Virus record (IMG/VR): IMGVR_UViG_3300029893_000001
Location: 186,001-250,000 of that record
Length of the DNA stretch: 64,000 nucleotides
Strand: one strand, 5' to 3'
A program made the translations under genes and the position numbers. This document shows, piece by piece, positions 40,119 to 50,400 of the stretch. Within the stretch, counting starts at the first letter, position 1. Each line of letters begins with the position of its first letter. The notes beneath the pieces were generated by a model. That model had not been told where the DNA came from, searched no databases, and saw only the letters and a list, made by a program, of their open reading frames with translations.

Positions 40119-40706
40119 TCACCTCGGAGGCCCAAAAACTAAGGCCGGAGGCGGCATGGGTAACGCCGAGAAAGGAGGTGGAGGAAGAGGGGCGCTGACT
40201 GGAGGAGACAGCGGAGCAGAACTTGGTCCTTCCATCTGCTGACTTCTGCGTTCAAGGAAGTACACTAACGTCTCCAGTTCGTTTGCTGTAGAAGCAAGGA
40301 GATCATCTAGACCATAGGTTAGGAATCCCTCGGTGCGCATCTTCGAGGACAGAGACCTAAGCTTTCGAGTCAGACGAAGAAGGTGTTCGTAGAAAAACGT
40401 AGCTGCTTGGTTTGCGTCCAAAAGGGCAGCCTTAAGCTCTGGCCCCAATTTCCTCATGCGCACGAACACATACTTTGCTTGCTGCACGGGATCTACGTAG
40501 CGCTCATCATCGAATTCAGAAAAGGCAGTCAGCCGTTCAGCCATCGGGTCTAACAGCTCGTCCAACTTCTCGTAGATTCGACCGAAAAGAAGATGATCGC
40601 TGTAACTTGTAGGCCCAAAGACACGCCAATGTGCAGTCTGCGCTGCCATCGACAGAAAGCGCAGCTCCCAGACAACGTTGGCAAGTACCTGAAGATTATG
40701 AGCCAT
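40119..40706 (-). CDS. Dps/ferritin-like protein with Pro-rich tail
   Basis: AHWRVFG...DHLLFGRIYE...LDPMAERL matches the Dps ferroxidase signature (H, H, D, E). Confidence 0.8.
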   Translation of the reverse strand: MAHNLQVLANVVWELRFLSMAAQTAHWRVFGPTSYSDHLLFGRIYEKLDELLDPMAERLTAFSEFDDERYVDPVQQAKYVFVRMRKLGPELKAALLDANQAATFFYEHLLRLTRKLRSLSSKMRTEGFLTYGLDDLLASTANELETLVYFLERRSQQMEGPSSAPLSPPVSAPLPPPPFSALPMPPPALVFGPPR

Positions 40707-40711
40707 GAAGA

Positions 40712-40996
40712 CTACCTCGGAACAGCTCTCGGCGGGATAACATTTTGGACAGAACGAAATTTTGACGTTCCACCTGTACCAGTACCCTTTTCAAGGTCGG
40801 AGACGTCCTTCACATAATGCCCTGGGCCTGTTCGTGAATCCCCTCCGGGGAGATCGTTCATAGGCCCAGACCACCGGTCCTCCTCAGGAAGAGCGCCAGA
40901 AGAGTCATGGGGCAAAGAATCCAAGCCAGGTCCGGGCCCCTCGTCAGGACGACTAATTCTATCAACCTTGTTGAAATCTAGAAATCGGTGGCTCAT
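40712..40996 (-). CDS. Hypothetical low-complexity protein
   Basis: 94 aa, G/P/D-rich; GAGGAG RBS, ATGA overlap. Confidence 0.6.
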   Translation of the reverse strand: MSHRFLDFNKVDRISRPDEGPGPGLDSLPHDSSGALPEEDRWSGPMNDLPGGDSRTGPGHYVKDVSDLEKGTGTGGTSKFRSVQNVIPPRAVPR

Positions 40997-42393
40997 CTCC
41001 TCACCTCAATTGTGATAAGAGAATCGCTAGTCTCCGGGTACTCAAATGGGCGGAATTCAAGTGTTTCTACGGGAATGGTCCCCGTCAGATCACGCGTGAA
41101 CTCAAGAATAGAAATGTTTGAAACCCCAGCCACGTCAGCAGAAAGTTGCGACCTAAGGTCGTTAGCAAACAAGACCGAAATAAATTCAGTTCTGTTTATG
41201 AACGAGGACACCGAAGCAAATGCAGCACTAGCAGCCTCAGTTTCGTCAAAAGAGCTAAGAACCTGTACCAACACTCGTGCCCTAATAGGAACAGGAATTG
41301 CCTTTCGAACCAAAATGTCCGCTCTATAGAGTTGAACCCCTAGCCTGTTTACGTAATCTTGAGCGTCACGAATGAGCTTATCGTAAGTGTAAGTAATAGT
41401 GACCGTTTCGTTCAGCCCAGGAATGACGTCAAGCTCCACTCGGTCATTTGCTTGAGTAGAGGACCTATACTGAAACGTGCTGTCTGGAAGGAAACTAAAC
41501 CCAACGGGTGTACTCCCGACACGAACGCCCTGAACAGCTAAAGCTGGGGAGAGGGGAAGTCTAAAGGTCCGCTGAACAGCATTACCGACGTACGTTACCT
41601 CTGCCGTCTCGGTCACCGATCCAATGATGTAAACGTCCCAGGCTGACCGTCGGGTTCTACGCCTAAAGTTGTCAGTGTCGGTGCTGAAAATCATCTGAAC
41701 AGCGTCTATAGACGACGTATTGAACGATTCAACAAGTTGCTTTAGACCGTCACCCGAACCCAGCGCCAATCCATTGAATTTAGAACGAATGCGTGCACCG
41801 AAACGAGAAGCACTTTCGAATTCAGTACTACCAGAGATCCGTTCTCGGTTCACTACCCCGTCAATCCCTTGAACGGTAGATTGAACCCGAAGAATTCTAT
41901 TGGGAGGGACCTCAAACAAGGCACCCGCACCTAGTGCTTCGACAGGGACGCGCACCTCATACCGGCGGGCGGCAGCATTAAAAAATGCGCCTAGACTTGA
42001 ACCGAGGATGAAAGCGTCCCGTAAAGTCCTAAATGAAATCGTGGGATCTGAAGTGGAGACAACGGTACCTGCAGGTACGACGACAACCTCATCAGGTCCG
42101 GGAGCCTGATAAGTGTAGAAGGTTACATTCCCGCGCGCGGCCCTACCCAGCGACCGACGAAGCCCGTGATTTGCTCCGTATAGCTGAAGAACCGTCTCGT
42201 TCTGTGAGAGAACGTAGTCCAAGCTATATCTACGACTAAGGTCATCAAAAAGCAGTTCAACAGCACGAATTTGGGCAGCCTGAGGACGAATGAATATGTC
42301 AAAAACGGGGCCCTTAACCGTGTCAATGGAAGAGTCCTGCGTCTCAATTGCATCCGCTAAAGAAAGCTCAATCTGCCGTAAAGTCCGTGCCAT
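40993..42393 (-). CDS. Baseplate J-like wedge protein
   Basis: GLRR..G..ARGNVTF, VPAGTVVST, VEALGAG...VPPN.I, V.N...ISG....ES motifs. Confidence 0.88.
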   Translation of the reverse strand: MARTLRQIELSLADAIETQDSSIDTVKGPVFDIFIRPQAAQIRAVELLFDDLSRRYSLDYVLSQNETVLQLYGANHGLRRSLGRAARGNVTFYTYQAPGPDEVVVVPAGTVVSTSDPTISFRTLRDAFILGSSLGAFFNAAARRYEVRVPVEALGAGALFEVPPNRILRVQSTVQGIDGVVNRERISGSTEFESASRFGARIRSKFNGLALGSGDGLKQLVESFNTSSIDAVQMIFSTDTDNFRRRTRRSAWDVYIIGSVTETAEVTYVGNAVQRTFRLPLSPALAVQGVRVGSTPVGFSFLPDSTFQYRSSTQANDRVELDVIPGLNETVTITYTYDKLIRDAQDYVNRLGVQLYRADILVRKAIPVPIRARVLVQVLSSFDETEAASAAFASVSSFINRTEFISVLFANDLRSQLSADVAGVSNISILEFTRDLTGTIPVETLEFRPFEYPETSDSLITIEVRR

Positions 42394-42890
42394 CAGATTG
42401 CTCTAGTATCGTCCGTCACGATCGATCCAGGGAGATTTGGTTTAGCTCCGGGAAGAAATTGATGCCTGAGCTGGATGTAGAAGCTAGTAGGGATCACATC
42501 TGGTCCGTCGAATGGAGTAACATTGACGAAGAATATGTAACCCGTACGAGAGAACTGAATGACTCGAATCGTGCCAATCGACTGAATCGCCTCGAAAGAA
42601 GTCAACTGGTCTAAGCGCGTATTTTGAAGCTGCTGCAATCTCTCCAGCGCCTCACGGACTAAAGTCTTGATGTATCCTCTATTGATCAGCCCAAGAGGGC
42701 CCGAACGACGAGAATTAATCTGATCGAGATTAGAAATCTGAGACCCATAACCCCTCTCTGGGTCGTACTCTGTCATCAGCGCGTCAGGAACGTCCTGAGA
42801 TAGCTTCTCGATCCCTTGAATGTAGACCGGACGCCCGTTGCTAGATCGAATTACGATATCCCCATCTCGCTTCTTCAACGTCTTGGACAT
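42393..42890 (-). CDS. gp25/GPW-like baseplate wedge protein
   Basis: DGDIV...G..KLSQ...LMT...YGS pattern, immediately upstream of J; TAATG overlap at 42890. Confidence 0.7.
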   Translation of the reverse strand: MSKTLKKRDGDIVIRSSNGRPVYIQGIEKLSQDVPDALMTEYDPERGYGSQISNLDQINSRRSGPLGLINRGYIKTLVREALERLQQLQNTRLDQLTSFEAIQSIGTIRVIQFSRTGYIFFVNVTPFDGPDVIPTSFYIQLRHQFLPGAKPNLPGSIVTDDTRAI

Positions 42891-43426
42891 TAATCGTACT
42901 CCACTAGAACGCGCACCCAAGAACGAAGTTCTTGGGTGAAGTCTCCCGAACCAGAAGCCTCGAAACGAGACGCCAGCACCGAGAGTGCCGCATAGTTAAA
43001 TGCATGTTTGTCTCGGGCTGAGATAATGTCTCCCATACTCTTGGTCATGGCTTCTTGAAGAAGAGTAGCCTCTGTTACATCTTCAAAACCATCCAAGGAA
43101 GAGGAAAGGTCCGAACGAACCTGATCGTAGTAATCCGCAAGTTGCTCATACATTCGCTGAGACTCTAGTTCATTTCGCTTTTCTTCCTCCAAATACTCCG
43201 TCAAAAGCTGATTGCGGACTTCAACTTGATTTGGGTCGTTATCCAGGATCACCTGAAAAAAGCTGGAAACAGAGCTTCTAACGGAAATGGGAGTAAGAAT
43301 CAGGTAGGCCTCAAACTCTGTAGAAATGCTCTCTTCCTGCCCTGATTGTGCGTTGAAAAACGTGGGCCTATCTTCCCGCACCGAGGAGGCGACAGTATCA
43401 GCTTCTTCTAGGGTTAGACGTCTCAT
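42890..43426 (-). CDS. Hypothetical protein (baseplate module)
   Basis: 178-aa acidic helical ORF. Confidence 0.6.
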   Translation of the reverse strand: MRRLTLEEADTVASSVREDRPTFFNAQSGQEESISTEFEAYLILTPISVRSSVSSFFQVILDNDPNQVEVRNQLLTEYLEEEKRNELESQRMYEQLADYYDQVRSDLSSSLDGFEDVTEATLLQEAMTKSMGDIISARDKHAFNYAALSVLASRFEASGSGDFTQELRSWVRVLVEYD

Positions 43427-43428
43427 AA

Positions 43429-45267
43429 TTATGTCGTGGAACTAAATCCAGCAATAGAACGAGCCACCAAAAGGGCGGCGAGTCGAGTCGCTTCCGGTGG
43501 TGCACAACCCGGGCTCCCTAAAGGACTAGGAAGAGATGATGCAGACGAGGCGGAATTTCTTCGTTCTAGACTTACACGAAGAGACAAGCTTAGCGAGCTG
43601 ACAGTAGTCCGTAGCCCCCGCAAAGCTGTACGAACAGTGTCGAATAGTGACGTGAGTACGTCCATCACCACCTTAGTGATACCTAAAGCCTCCTGAAACT
43701 CAGTTGGAAGCTCAAATCCAGCCTGGCGAGCTAGATCGCCCTGACAAGGCAAGGACCCGCCGAAAGAGGGCTGCGTTGCTGAGGACGAACTTACAAGACT
43801 AGAACCACAAGAGACGTCAGAAACAATACCAAGCAAGTTCCCTACAGCACGTAGGAATTCTGTGATGTTCGATGCCTGGGTCTCGATCGTAGATAGAACA
43901 CCGTCAAATGGATTTGAGCTGGAACTACCGGGGGTACCCGGTGATCCTGGACCTCCAATTCCACCAATCCCCACTGTGGTGGAACTTCCTACAGAGGCAA
44001 AACTTCCACTCGATGAGAAAGCCGGTCCGAGTAAGCAGTCTAGGAGACCGTTTGCCATATCATTGAACAGCATATTCACGAGACTGACCAAGTTCGTGAT
44101 CTCATTTAAAACTCCCGTAATCACGCCCTGAGCCTCTGCGATGATCGTAGACAAAACCGCCAACTGCGACTTGATCGCATTGCCAACAGCTTCTGCATAT
44201 TGGGCAGCGGAAGGGTTGTCTCCTCCCTGTGAGATCAATGACTCCGCAAGAGCATCTAACCCAAAGGTTCGGTTGATGTCCAATGTACTGAAGATAGCGA
44301 CACCAGGTGAGGAAAAATCAGGCATACCAGAGGGGCCTGCACTCCCCGGGGTGCTTCTTCGTAGCGAGTCCCGTATCAGGGCCGCAGTATCTTCAGGTGT
44401 AGGGAACAATTCAACAGGCCCCGACACGCGCCGTAATACCGCATCAGCATCTGAGCCAAATGCACCTGCAACTCTAGCAATTTCAGACGGATCAGGGATG
44501 ACAGAAACGATGAAGTTCTCTCTGCTGGTTTTCGCAACGGCATCGACGAATTGAGAATTAGTAAGGCCCAACATCCGAGCTTTTCGACGCGTGGATTCAG
44601 TGGCCTCCGGACGTCCAACCCAAAAAACGTAGATCCGGACTAAGTCCGAAGATATGCTGACAGACTCAGCAGCCGCACTAATTGGGCGGTCGATTCCAAT
44701 TGTGATTTCTTCCTCAACGGTAACTTCGGGGGTACAAGAAGTTGCTGCTGTTACTGACTTCTTCATGTAAGTGGTAACAAGCACAAAACGAGGAGTGATC
44801 TCTAAAGGGGTCGAATACGTCCGAAAATCAGTGTCGTCGGTGATGGGAATCGAAGCGAGGTCAGGCAGGACCCGAAAAATCTCCTCAAAACCTCCCAAGA
44901 CTCTGGAGAACAACTGGATTGCACTTAGGTCACGAGTCCCTGGAAGAATCAAACGACCGTTAACGATCGTCATGTTGAAGCGGTCGGCAATGGCAGCTTC
45001 CACGTCCTCAACAGAATCCCCCTCAATCAGTCGAGTAGCGTCGATCAGCCCCTCTGTAGTAGTATCAGCGGAGGCAAGAATAGCGTCAAGACTGCCTCGG
45101 AGAGGCTCAGAAAATGTAGATGTCAAACTGTCGCCGAGGGTTCTTATACTTTCAAGCTGAGCCCGGGCCAAAAGGAGCTGATCGCCTAAGCGCTCCTGAT
45201 AGTCAAACAGGGCCGCGTCCAGGCCAGGGTCCAGCCGGCATCTAATCGTTGACAAAGAAAACGGCAT
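43429..45267 (-). CDS. Hypothetical structural protein
   Basis: 612 aa, helical with G/S/P linkers; baseplate context. Confidence 0.6.
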   Translation of the reverse strand: MPFSLSTIRCRLDPGLDAALFDYQERLGDQLLLARAQLESIRTLGDSLTSTFSEPLRGSLDAILASADTTTEGLIDATRLIEGDSVEDVEAAIADRFNMTIVNGRLILPGTRDLSAIQLFSRVLGGFEEIFRVLPDLASIPITDDTDFRTYSTPLEITPRFVLVTTYMKKSVTAATSCTPEVTVEEEITIGIDRPISAAAESVSISSDLVRIYVFWVGRPEATESTRRKARMLGLTNSQFVDAVAKTSRENFIVSVIPDPSEIARVAGAFGSDADAVLRRVSGPVELFPTPEDTAALIRDSLRRSTPGSAGPSGMPDFSSPGVAIFSTLDINRTFGLDALAESLISQGGDNPSAAQYAEAVGNAIKSQLAVLSTIIAEAQGVITGVLNEITNLVSLVNMLFNDMANGLLDCLLGPAFSSSGSFASVGSSTTVGIGGIGGPGSPGTPGSSSSNPFDGVLSTIETQASNITEFLRAVGNLLGIVSDVSCGSSLVSSSSATQPSFGGSLPCQGDLARQAGFELPTEFQEALGITKVVMDVLTSLFDTVRTALRGLRTTVSSLSLSLRVSLERRNSASSASSLPSPLGSPGCAPPEATRLAALLVARSIAGFSSTT

Positions 45268-45268
45268 A

Positions 45269-45862
45269 TCAGATCAAGGTCGGCTCTTGAATATTCAGGA
45301 CGAACTGAAGAGTGTTCTTTGCATATCCAATTTCCTGCAAGTACCCGCCGCTCTGTGGGTTTGGATTGTCTGTGATTAGGCCCAAACTACCAACGTAATA
45401 CGTCGTGTCTGGGGTAAATGGCAAGAACGGAAACTGCTGCGGCGTGTACAAAAAGCTCCCAATATTTTGAACGGCCACAGTAGACTGTGTGGGATTTGAT
45501 ACCACCACGCCGATTGCGGGCCCCGTAGATATAGAAGAGGAATCCGCCAGATCAACAGTGTCACTGGAGACCTGGTAGACCCACTGGCCAATAAATAGGG
45601 GAGACGCCGCGTTGAACAGAAGAGTACCCGGTGCCCCGGCGCCCGACTGCTGCAAAAGACTGTACAACGTGTCCAGATTTTCCTGGAACCAAGCGTTTGA
45701 CGGGTTTTGCGTGGCTGTGATCGCTTCGGCCCAGCCCCTCATCACCTCCAAATAGTTCGCAGAGCTACCATTTGCCAGAGCTTTTACATTCTGACGTGCG
45801 GTGATGTAGGTCTTGAGGGCCTGAAGCAAAGTCTCGGGATCTACTTCTGGAAACTGGGGCAT
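45269..45862 (-). CDS. Structural protein with DUF2190/cement-like C-terminal domain
   Basis: GQWVY...LAD...PAIGVV...YYVG..G.IT...Q.IG.A pattern; GGAGGAG RBS. Confidence 0.55.
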   Translation of the reverse strand: MPQFPEVDPETLLQALKTYITARQNVKALANGSSANYLEVMRGWAEAITATQNPSNAWFQENLDTLYSLLQQSGAGAPGTLLFNAASPLFIGQWVYQVSSDTVDLADSSSISTGPAIGVVVSNPTQSTVAVQNIGSFLYTPQQFPFLPFTPDTTYYVGSLGLITDNPNPQSGGYLQEIGYAKNTLQFVLNIQEPTLI

Positions 45863-45898
45863 GGCACTCCTCCAGAATAGATACGGCTCCTAGACGCG

Positions 45899-46348
45899 TT
45901 AACTCCAATTCACCGTAACGCCACTGGTCGTATCCGTTGCCAATCCGGTTATCATCCATCGATGAATGGCCTGGGCGAAACTGTGAGCAGCCTCCCGATG
46001 ACTCAACGGCCTGGCCTCAAATAGAGGCAAGAAGCCAATCAACCCAACGGGGGGCGTACTAGACCAATCTGGTGCCATCCCAAGCCCTACAGAAGTAGCG
46101 AAAACAAGCCAAGCGGCTTCCATGGCAGAAGCAGTAACGACCTCTGAGAGAGAAGTCTCAAAAACTGGAGTTAGAGTAGCAGCCAACACTTCTGCTGCTG
46201 TGACTACGGTGGTTGAAACGGGGACGATGGGAAGAGTATAGTCTCTCATCGCGTCAGCCCACTCCCGGGCACACAAAGCTGCAGTTTCTGGAGGATCTTC
46301 AAAGAAGGCCACCAACGAGTTCTCAAGATCTGATTGAATCAGGGGCAC
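45899..46348 (-). CDS. Hypothetical protein downstream of the spike gene
   Basis: 149-aa ORF; position typical of spike-associated proteins. Confidence 0.55.
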   Translation of the reverse strand: MPLIQSDLENSLVAFFEDPPETAALCAREWADAMRDYTLPIVPVSTTVVTAAEVLAATLTPVFETSLSEVVTASAMEAAWLVFATSVGLGMAPDWSSTPPVGLIGFLPLFEARPLSHREAAHSFAQAIHRWMITGLATDTTSGVTVNWS

Positions 46349-46354
46349 AGTAAA

Positions 46355-47497
46355 TCACTCCACAAAGCACTTTGTGCTTAGTACCTGAGTAAACCTTACT
46401 TCTACGTCAGAGGTAAGAAATTTTGCAGGACCAGTAGCAGTCAACACTACGGCGTCGCGTAGCCACTGACGCATGTCCTCACCTCTCATCATAGGGTCCT
46501 CTGCATTTCGTCCGGCCTTGATTCTCTGCGCCTCCAACTCAACCGTTTGTTCAGCGTCCACCAAAAAGTTACGGTCCACATTGTGGATCTCATCACGTCC
46601 AGCCGCCATTTTTATGTCTGTGCGGCTGACGCTGATGTTCAATCCGTAAGACGCATTGTCAGGAATGATCCAATTGACATTGCCCTCAACATCAACCTCG
46701 GTAATTGTTTCTTCCAGGCGTACTGTACCGTACACCGTACGGCTCCGGAGCTTTTTTCCAGTAATAGGCGAAGTTGGCTCTGTGCCGTCATTTGCCACAA
46801 CGTGGCCCTCCCGATGATCGATCAACGTGTAGGGAGGTGCTTTACTTGAAAGATGGCGCAGGTATTCTTTCGCAAAAACTTCATCACCGCCGTCTGGCGT
46901 AACACGAATCCACAACTGCTGGGGCTGATCTGTATCAGTGAATCGCTTCACCACACCAAAGCGCATCTCGTTAGAGATCTCTGAGACATTGTTATCCAAT
47001 GTGCGATGAACGATCGTAGGGGCCTTCGTGTTCGCCTCCAAATTCGGTACGTCAAGCGTATTCAAGATCGGACCACCACGTAGCGAAAGAGTGCCGTCTT
47101 GACCGAAATGCGCAGCAGCGAGACCCCTAGAAGTGATATCTATTTCGCTTTCCTGAAGTCGTCGATAGTAAAAACGGTTGTCCTCATACGTAGCTCGGAT
47201 GAAGTTCTCTGCCGCATCTTCAGCCATGTAAGCAGAAGTAAATGTCTCACCCGAATCCGAACGAGAATCCAAGATCATACGCGTGCTACGCTCAGGCATT
47301 ACGCGGATCCAGCTCGCTGGACCTAAATACGGGTGTGTAATTGGAACTGTTCGTCCGGCACGCGGGCCGGTGTAAGTAATCGTATCCGTCGCTGGATTTG
47401 TCGCTGTAGTAACAACACCATAAGGCCGTGTCGCATACTGCAACTCTGTTGCGTACAGGCGACGCCCATCACGAATAAAACGACCCGCCCCACTCAC
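46355..47497 (-). CDS. Baseplate central spike-like protein (gpV/gp5-like)
   Basis: N-terminal OB-type 'GVV...PITHPY...WIRVMPE' region, C-terminal beta-strand repeats; follows the hub gene. Confidence 0.6.
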   Translation of the reverse strand: MSGAGRFIRDGRRLYATELQYATRPYGVVTTATNPATDTITYTGPRAGRTVPITHPYLGPASWIRVMPERSTRMILDSRSDSGETFTSAYMAEDAAENFIRATYEDNRFYYRRLQESEIDITSRGLAAAHFGQDGTLSLRGGPILNTLDVPNLEANTKAPTIVHRTLDNNVSEISNEMRFGVVKRFTDTDQPQQLWIRVTPDGGDEVFAKEYLRHLSSKAPPYTLIDHREGHVVANDGTEPTSPITGKKLRSRTVYGTVRLEETITEVDVEGNVNWIIPDNASYGLNISVSRTDIKMAAGRDEIHNVDRNFLVDAEQTVELEAQRIKAGRNAEDPMMRGEDMRQWLRDAVVLTATGPAKFLTSDVEVRFTQVLSTKCFVE

Positions 47498-50400
47498 GAT
47501 GAACGTCTCCTTGCTGCTTCAGCAGTTTCTCGTGTCAAACGACGACGGTTTGGAAGCGGCTCGCCAGCCTGTCGAGGAATACTACCCTCATACCTTTCAG
47601 GTGGGCACGTATTGGGAGGCACCTCATTCGCAAAGATAGCAACTTGCTGGTTTCTGGAGGTGGTGTAAGCCGCAGCGCGTGCAGCCAAGCGCTCATTTCG
47701 AGCAATGATTGCACTTCGCTCCTGTTCCAGCCTACGGCGTCGTCTATCAGACACCCCGGAGGGGATCTCAGGAACAGGATCTGGAGCGAAGCGTGTGGGC
47801 TCGGCCGCCATCCTCAACGCTGGGATCCCCTTGAGACCAAACTGATCGTAATATTCTTGAAGAGAGATGACGTCAGAATCGGGTCCTGGGCGCCCCACAG
47901 TCTCTGCACGCGAAAAAGGTTCGCTGTTAGGGATGGGGTTGTAGAACAATACGAGGCGTGCGCCCAGCCCCAATGAACCATCACGCATACGTAAAAATCC
48001 TAAGTTGAATCGAGAAACGAGTTCTGGGTCCCAACGGGTCAAGAATTGAGCAAACTCGTCTCCAACACCACAGACCACTCTCATGCTTCCCTGAGTTCTA
48101 GCGCGCTCCGTAGCATCTGCCGCGGGTGTAGTCCCTGCGCGCCGCCGTTCTGCTGCAGTAACCACACGGAACTGTTTTCCTTCTCCAACGTAGCGCTGAA
48201 AAGCCGCTGACCCGAAGATCGCACCCGTTTCAAAGTGCAAATGAGTCTGAGTTTCTCGCTGTTCTGTCCCAGAAAACCCTGTATATGACACGATTTGATT
48301 TCGCTTCACCGTGGCGCCCAGCTCTACACCATCTGCAAGCCTGTTCTGATGCCGATAAAAGGTGACGAAACCATCTGCATGAATAAGACCCAACGACATT
48401 CCCTGACCAGGACGACCATTACGAGCTACCGACGGATGTGTGTAGAAGACAATACCATCGGCAACAGCGTAGCACGGCTCATCCAAATCCATAGGAATGT
48501 CGACACCAGGGTGCCAACCTCCCCCGCGAAGGCCAAAACCTGAGGTAACAATCCTGGGGAATTCGCCGGCAAACTGCCAGGTCCCTACACCACGATCAAT
48601 TTCTTCGTCAGGCAGTTGCCCGCGAGCATATCGATCAAGAATTGACCTACGTTCTCTACCTCCGGGTAGAGATCTCTTCCATGCCGCCCATCTGGGAACA
48701 GTCCTAACCGAGGGCCCCGTCGGAGCACTAAAGAAGCGTGGGTCTCCGGGGGAACACGTTGGTTCTTCGGAAGCCTCAGGGGGGTCGGCCGGCTCGACAT
48801 CATCAGACGGAGTAAGTGTCGACCGTACTCCTGTAACCCCTACACGGGGTCGCGCACCAGCCGGAGTATGAGTAGCCGAGGAGTCAAGTCCTCGCTCCCG
48901 TAGTGTTGCTTCCAGCTCTTCTACACGAGCACGAACTGCGTCCAAACGAGATGCTCGTTCTTCTTCAGTCAACGCGCCAGCGTTGCGAGTCAGTTCATCT
49001 AGCTCAGCCTCAAGCGCTCTGAGTTCTGTGACGACTGAGTCTTCCTCTCCTTCAGGACGCGAGGGAGCCCCCGAAAAAGCGGCGTCAATTACGTTGTACG
49101 TCGCCTGCCCATTTGGAATGATTGCGCGGTAGCGATCTTGAAGGGCCTGAAACTCCTGCTCCGTAAGAGACCTACCGTCGGTTCGGATCGTTCGGATCGC
49201 AGATTCGAAATCTCGCACTCTCTGCTGCAGAGACTGCACAACCGAGCGTCGTGGGTCCGCAGGAATGGCAAAGTACATAGGATGGGCAGGCCCACCTGTG
49301 ATGTAACGAGGAATACCAAGTTCGTCGTATGATCTAGTGTAGTTCAAAGTAATATTCATGGACGGAGGCTGCTGCCCGGCAATTTGCCCCGCCGTGACAG
49401 GAAGTGTCCAAGACAATCCGTCAACCAACGCAATTCTCTCTCTGTAGAGATTAAAAATGGGGCGGTTCAAAGTCAACCAAGGACGAAAAACCACACCAAG
49501 TTGATACCGGTCCGCAGCAGCCAAGAGCTTTTGGAACTCCAAAGTCGCTACCTGCTCCAACCTAGAAACATCTGTGATCTGTGGGTACGTAAGCACCTTG
49601 ACATTTAGTCCCAGACGAGATGCCAAATTTGGCGACCAGATGCCAACAGATCTGTCGGGATTGAGTGGCGTTATCTGTCCCTCATCAATATTCCCAATAC
49701 CAACGAACGAACCGTTTGCAAGGACAGCAGTAACTACCTCACCGCCTTCCTCGTCCATGCTTTCGTTTGTCAGATGATGATCCAGAGTAAGAATCTCAGA
49801 CCATGCTCCGTAATCCTCAGGGGCAAAGTCATACTGAGCGAATTCGAAAATCAGGTCACCACATCCAGAAACCCAGAATCTGTAGTCCGCAGTTTCACAT
49901 GCGTCAGTGAGGAGTTGTAGACGATTGGTCCAGTTAAGGTTGGCTGCAACATTGCCTGCACCGACTACTTCAATCGTCCACAAAAGGTCGTTCGGCGTAT
50001 TACGACCAGGAGACAAGAAATGAACTGCTTGTGCTTCTGGATGCCAAGCGCCTTCACGTCGTGTACTACGACCTGCTTCATGTACCTCTGCCTCTGTCCA
50101 GTATCTGCGGTTGCCGATGGAATGGTCTGGTGGTGCGTCCTCCACCAAAAGCCCCGCCCCTGAAGAAGGAGTGAAGTTATGACGACGAGGAGTACCAAAG
50201 ACACAGAGACTATACCAGTTCTGCATCCGTTGCTGGATCTGTCTGTTGGTGACAGCTCGACTAGCGCCGCGAGCAGCCGAAGGAAAATACGTCTCTAGAG
50301 CATAAGGCCTAGGTGGGTCGCCAAAGAGAGAGCCAAAGAAAGGAAATACACCAGGACGCATTCGACCAATCCGTCCTGCACCGCGGTGAACGGCTACTTC

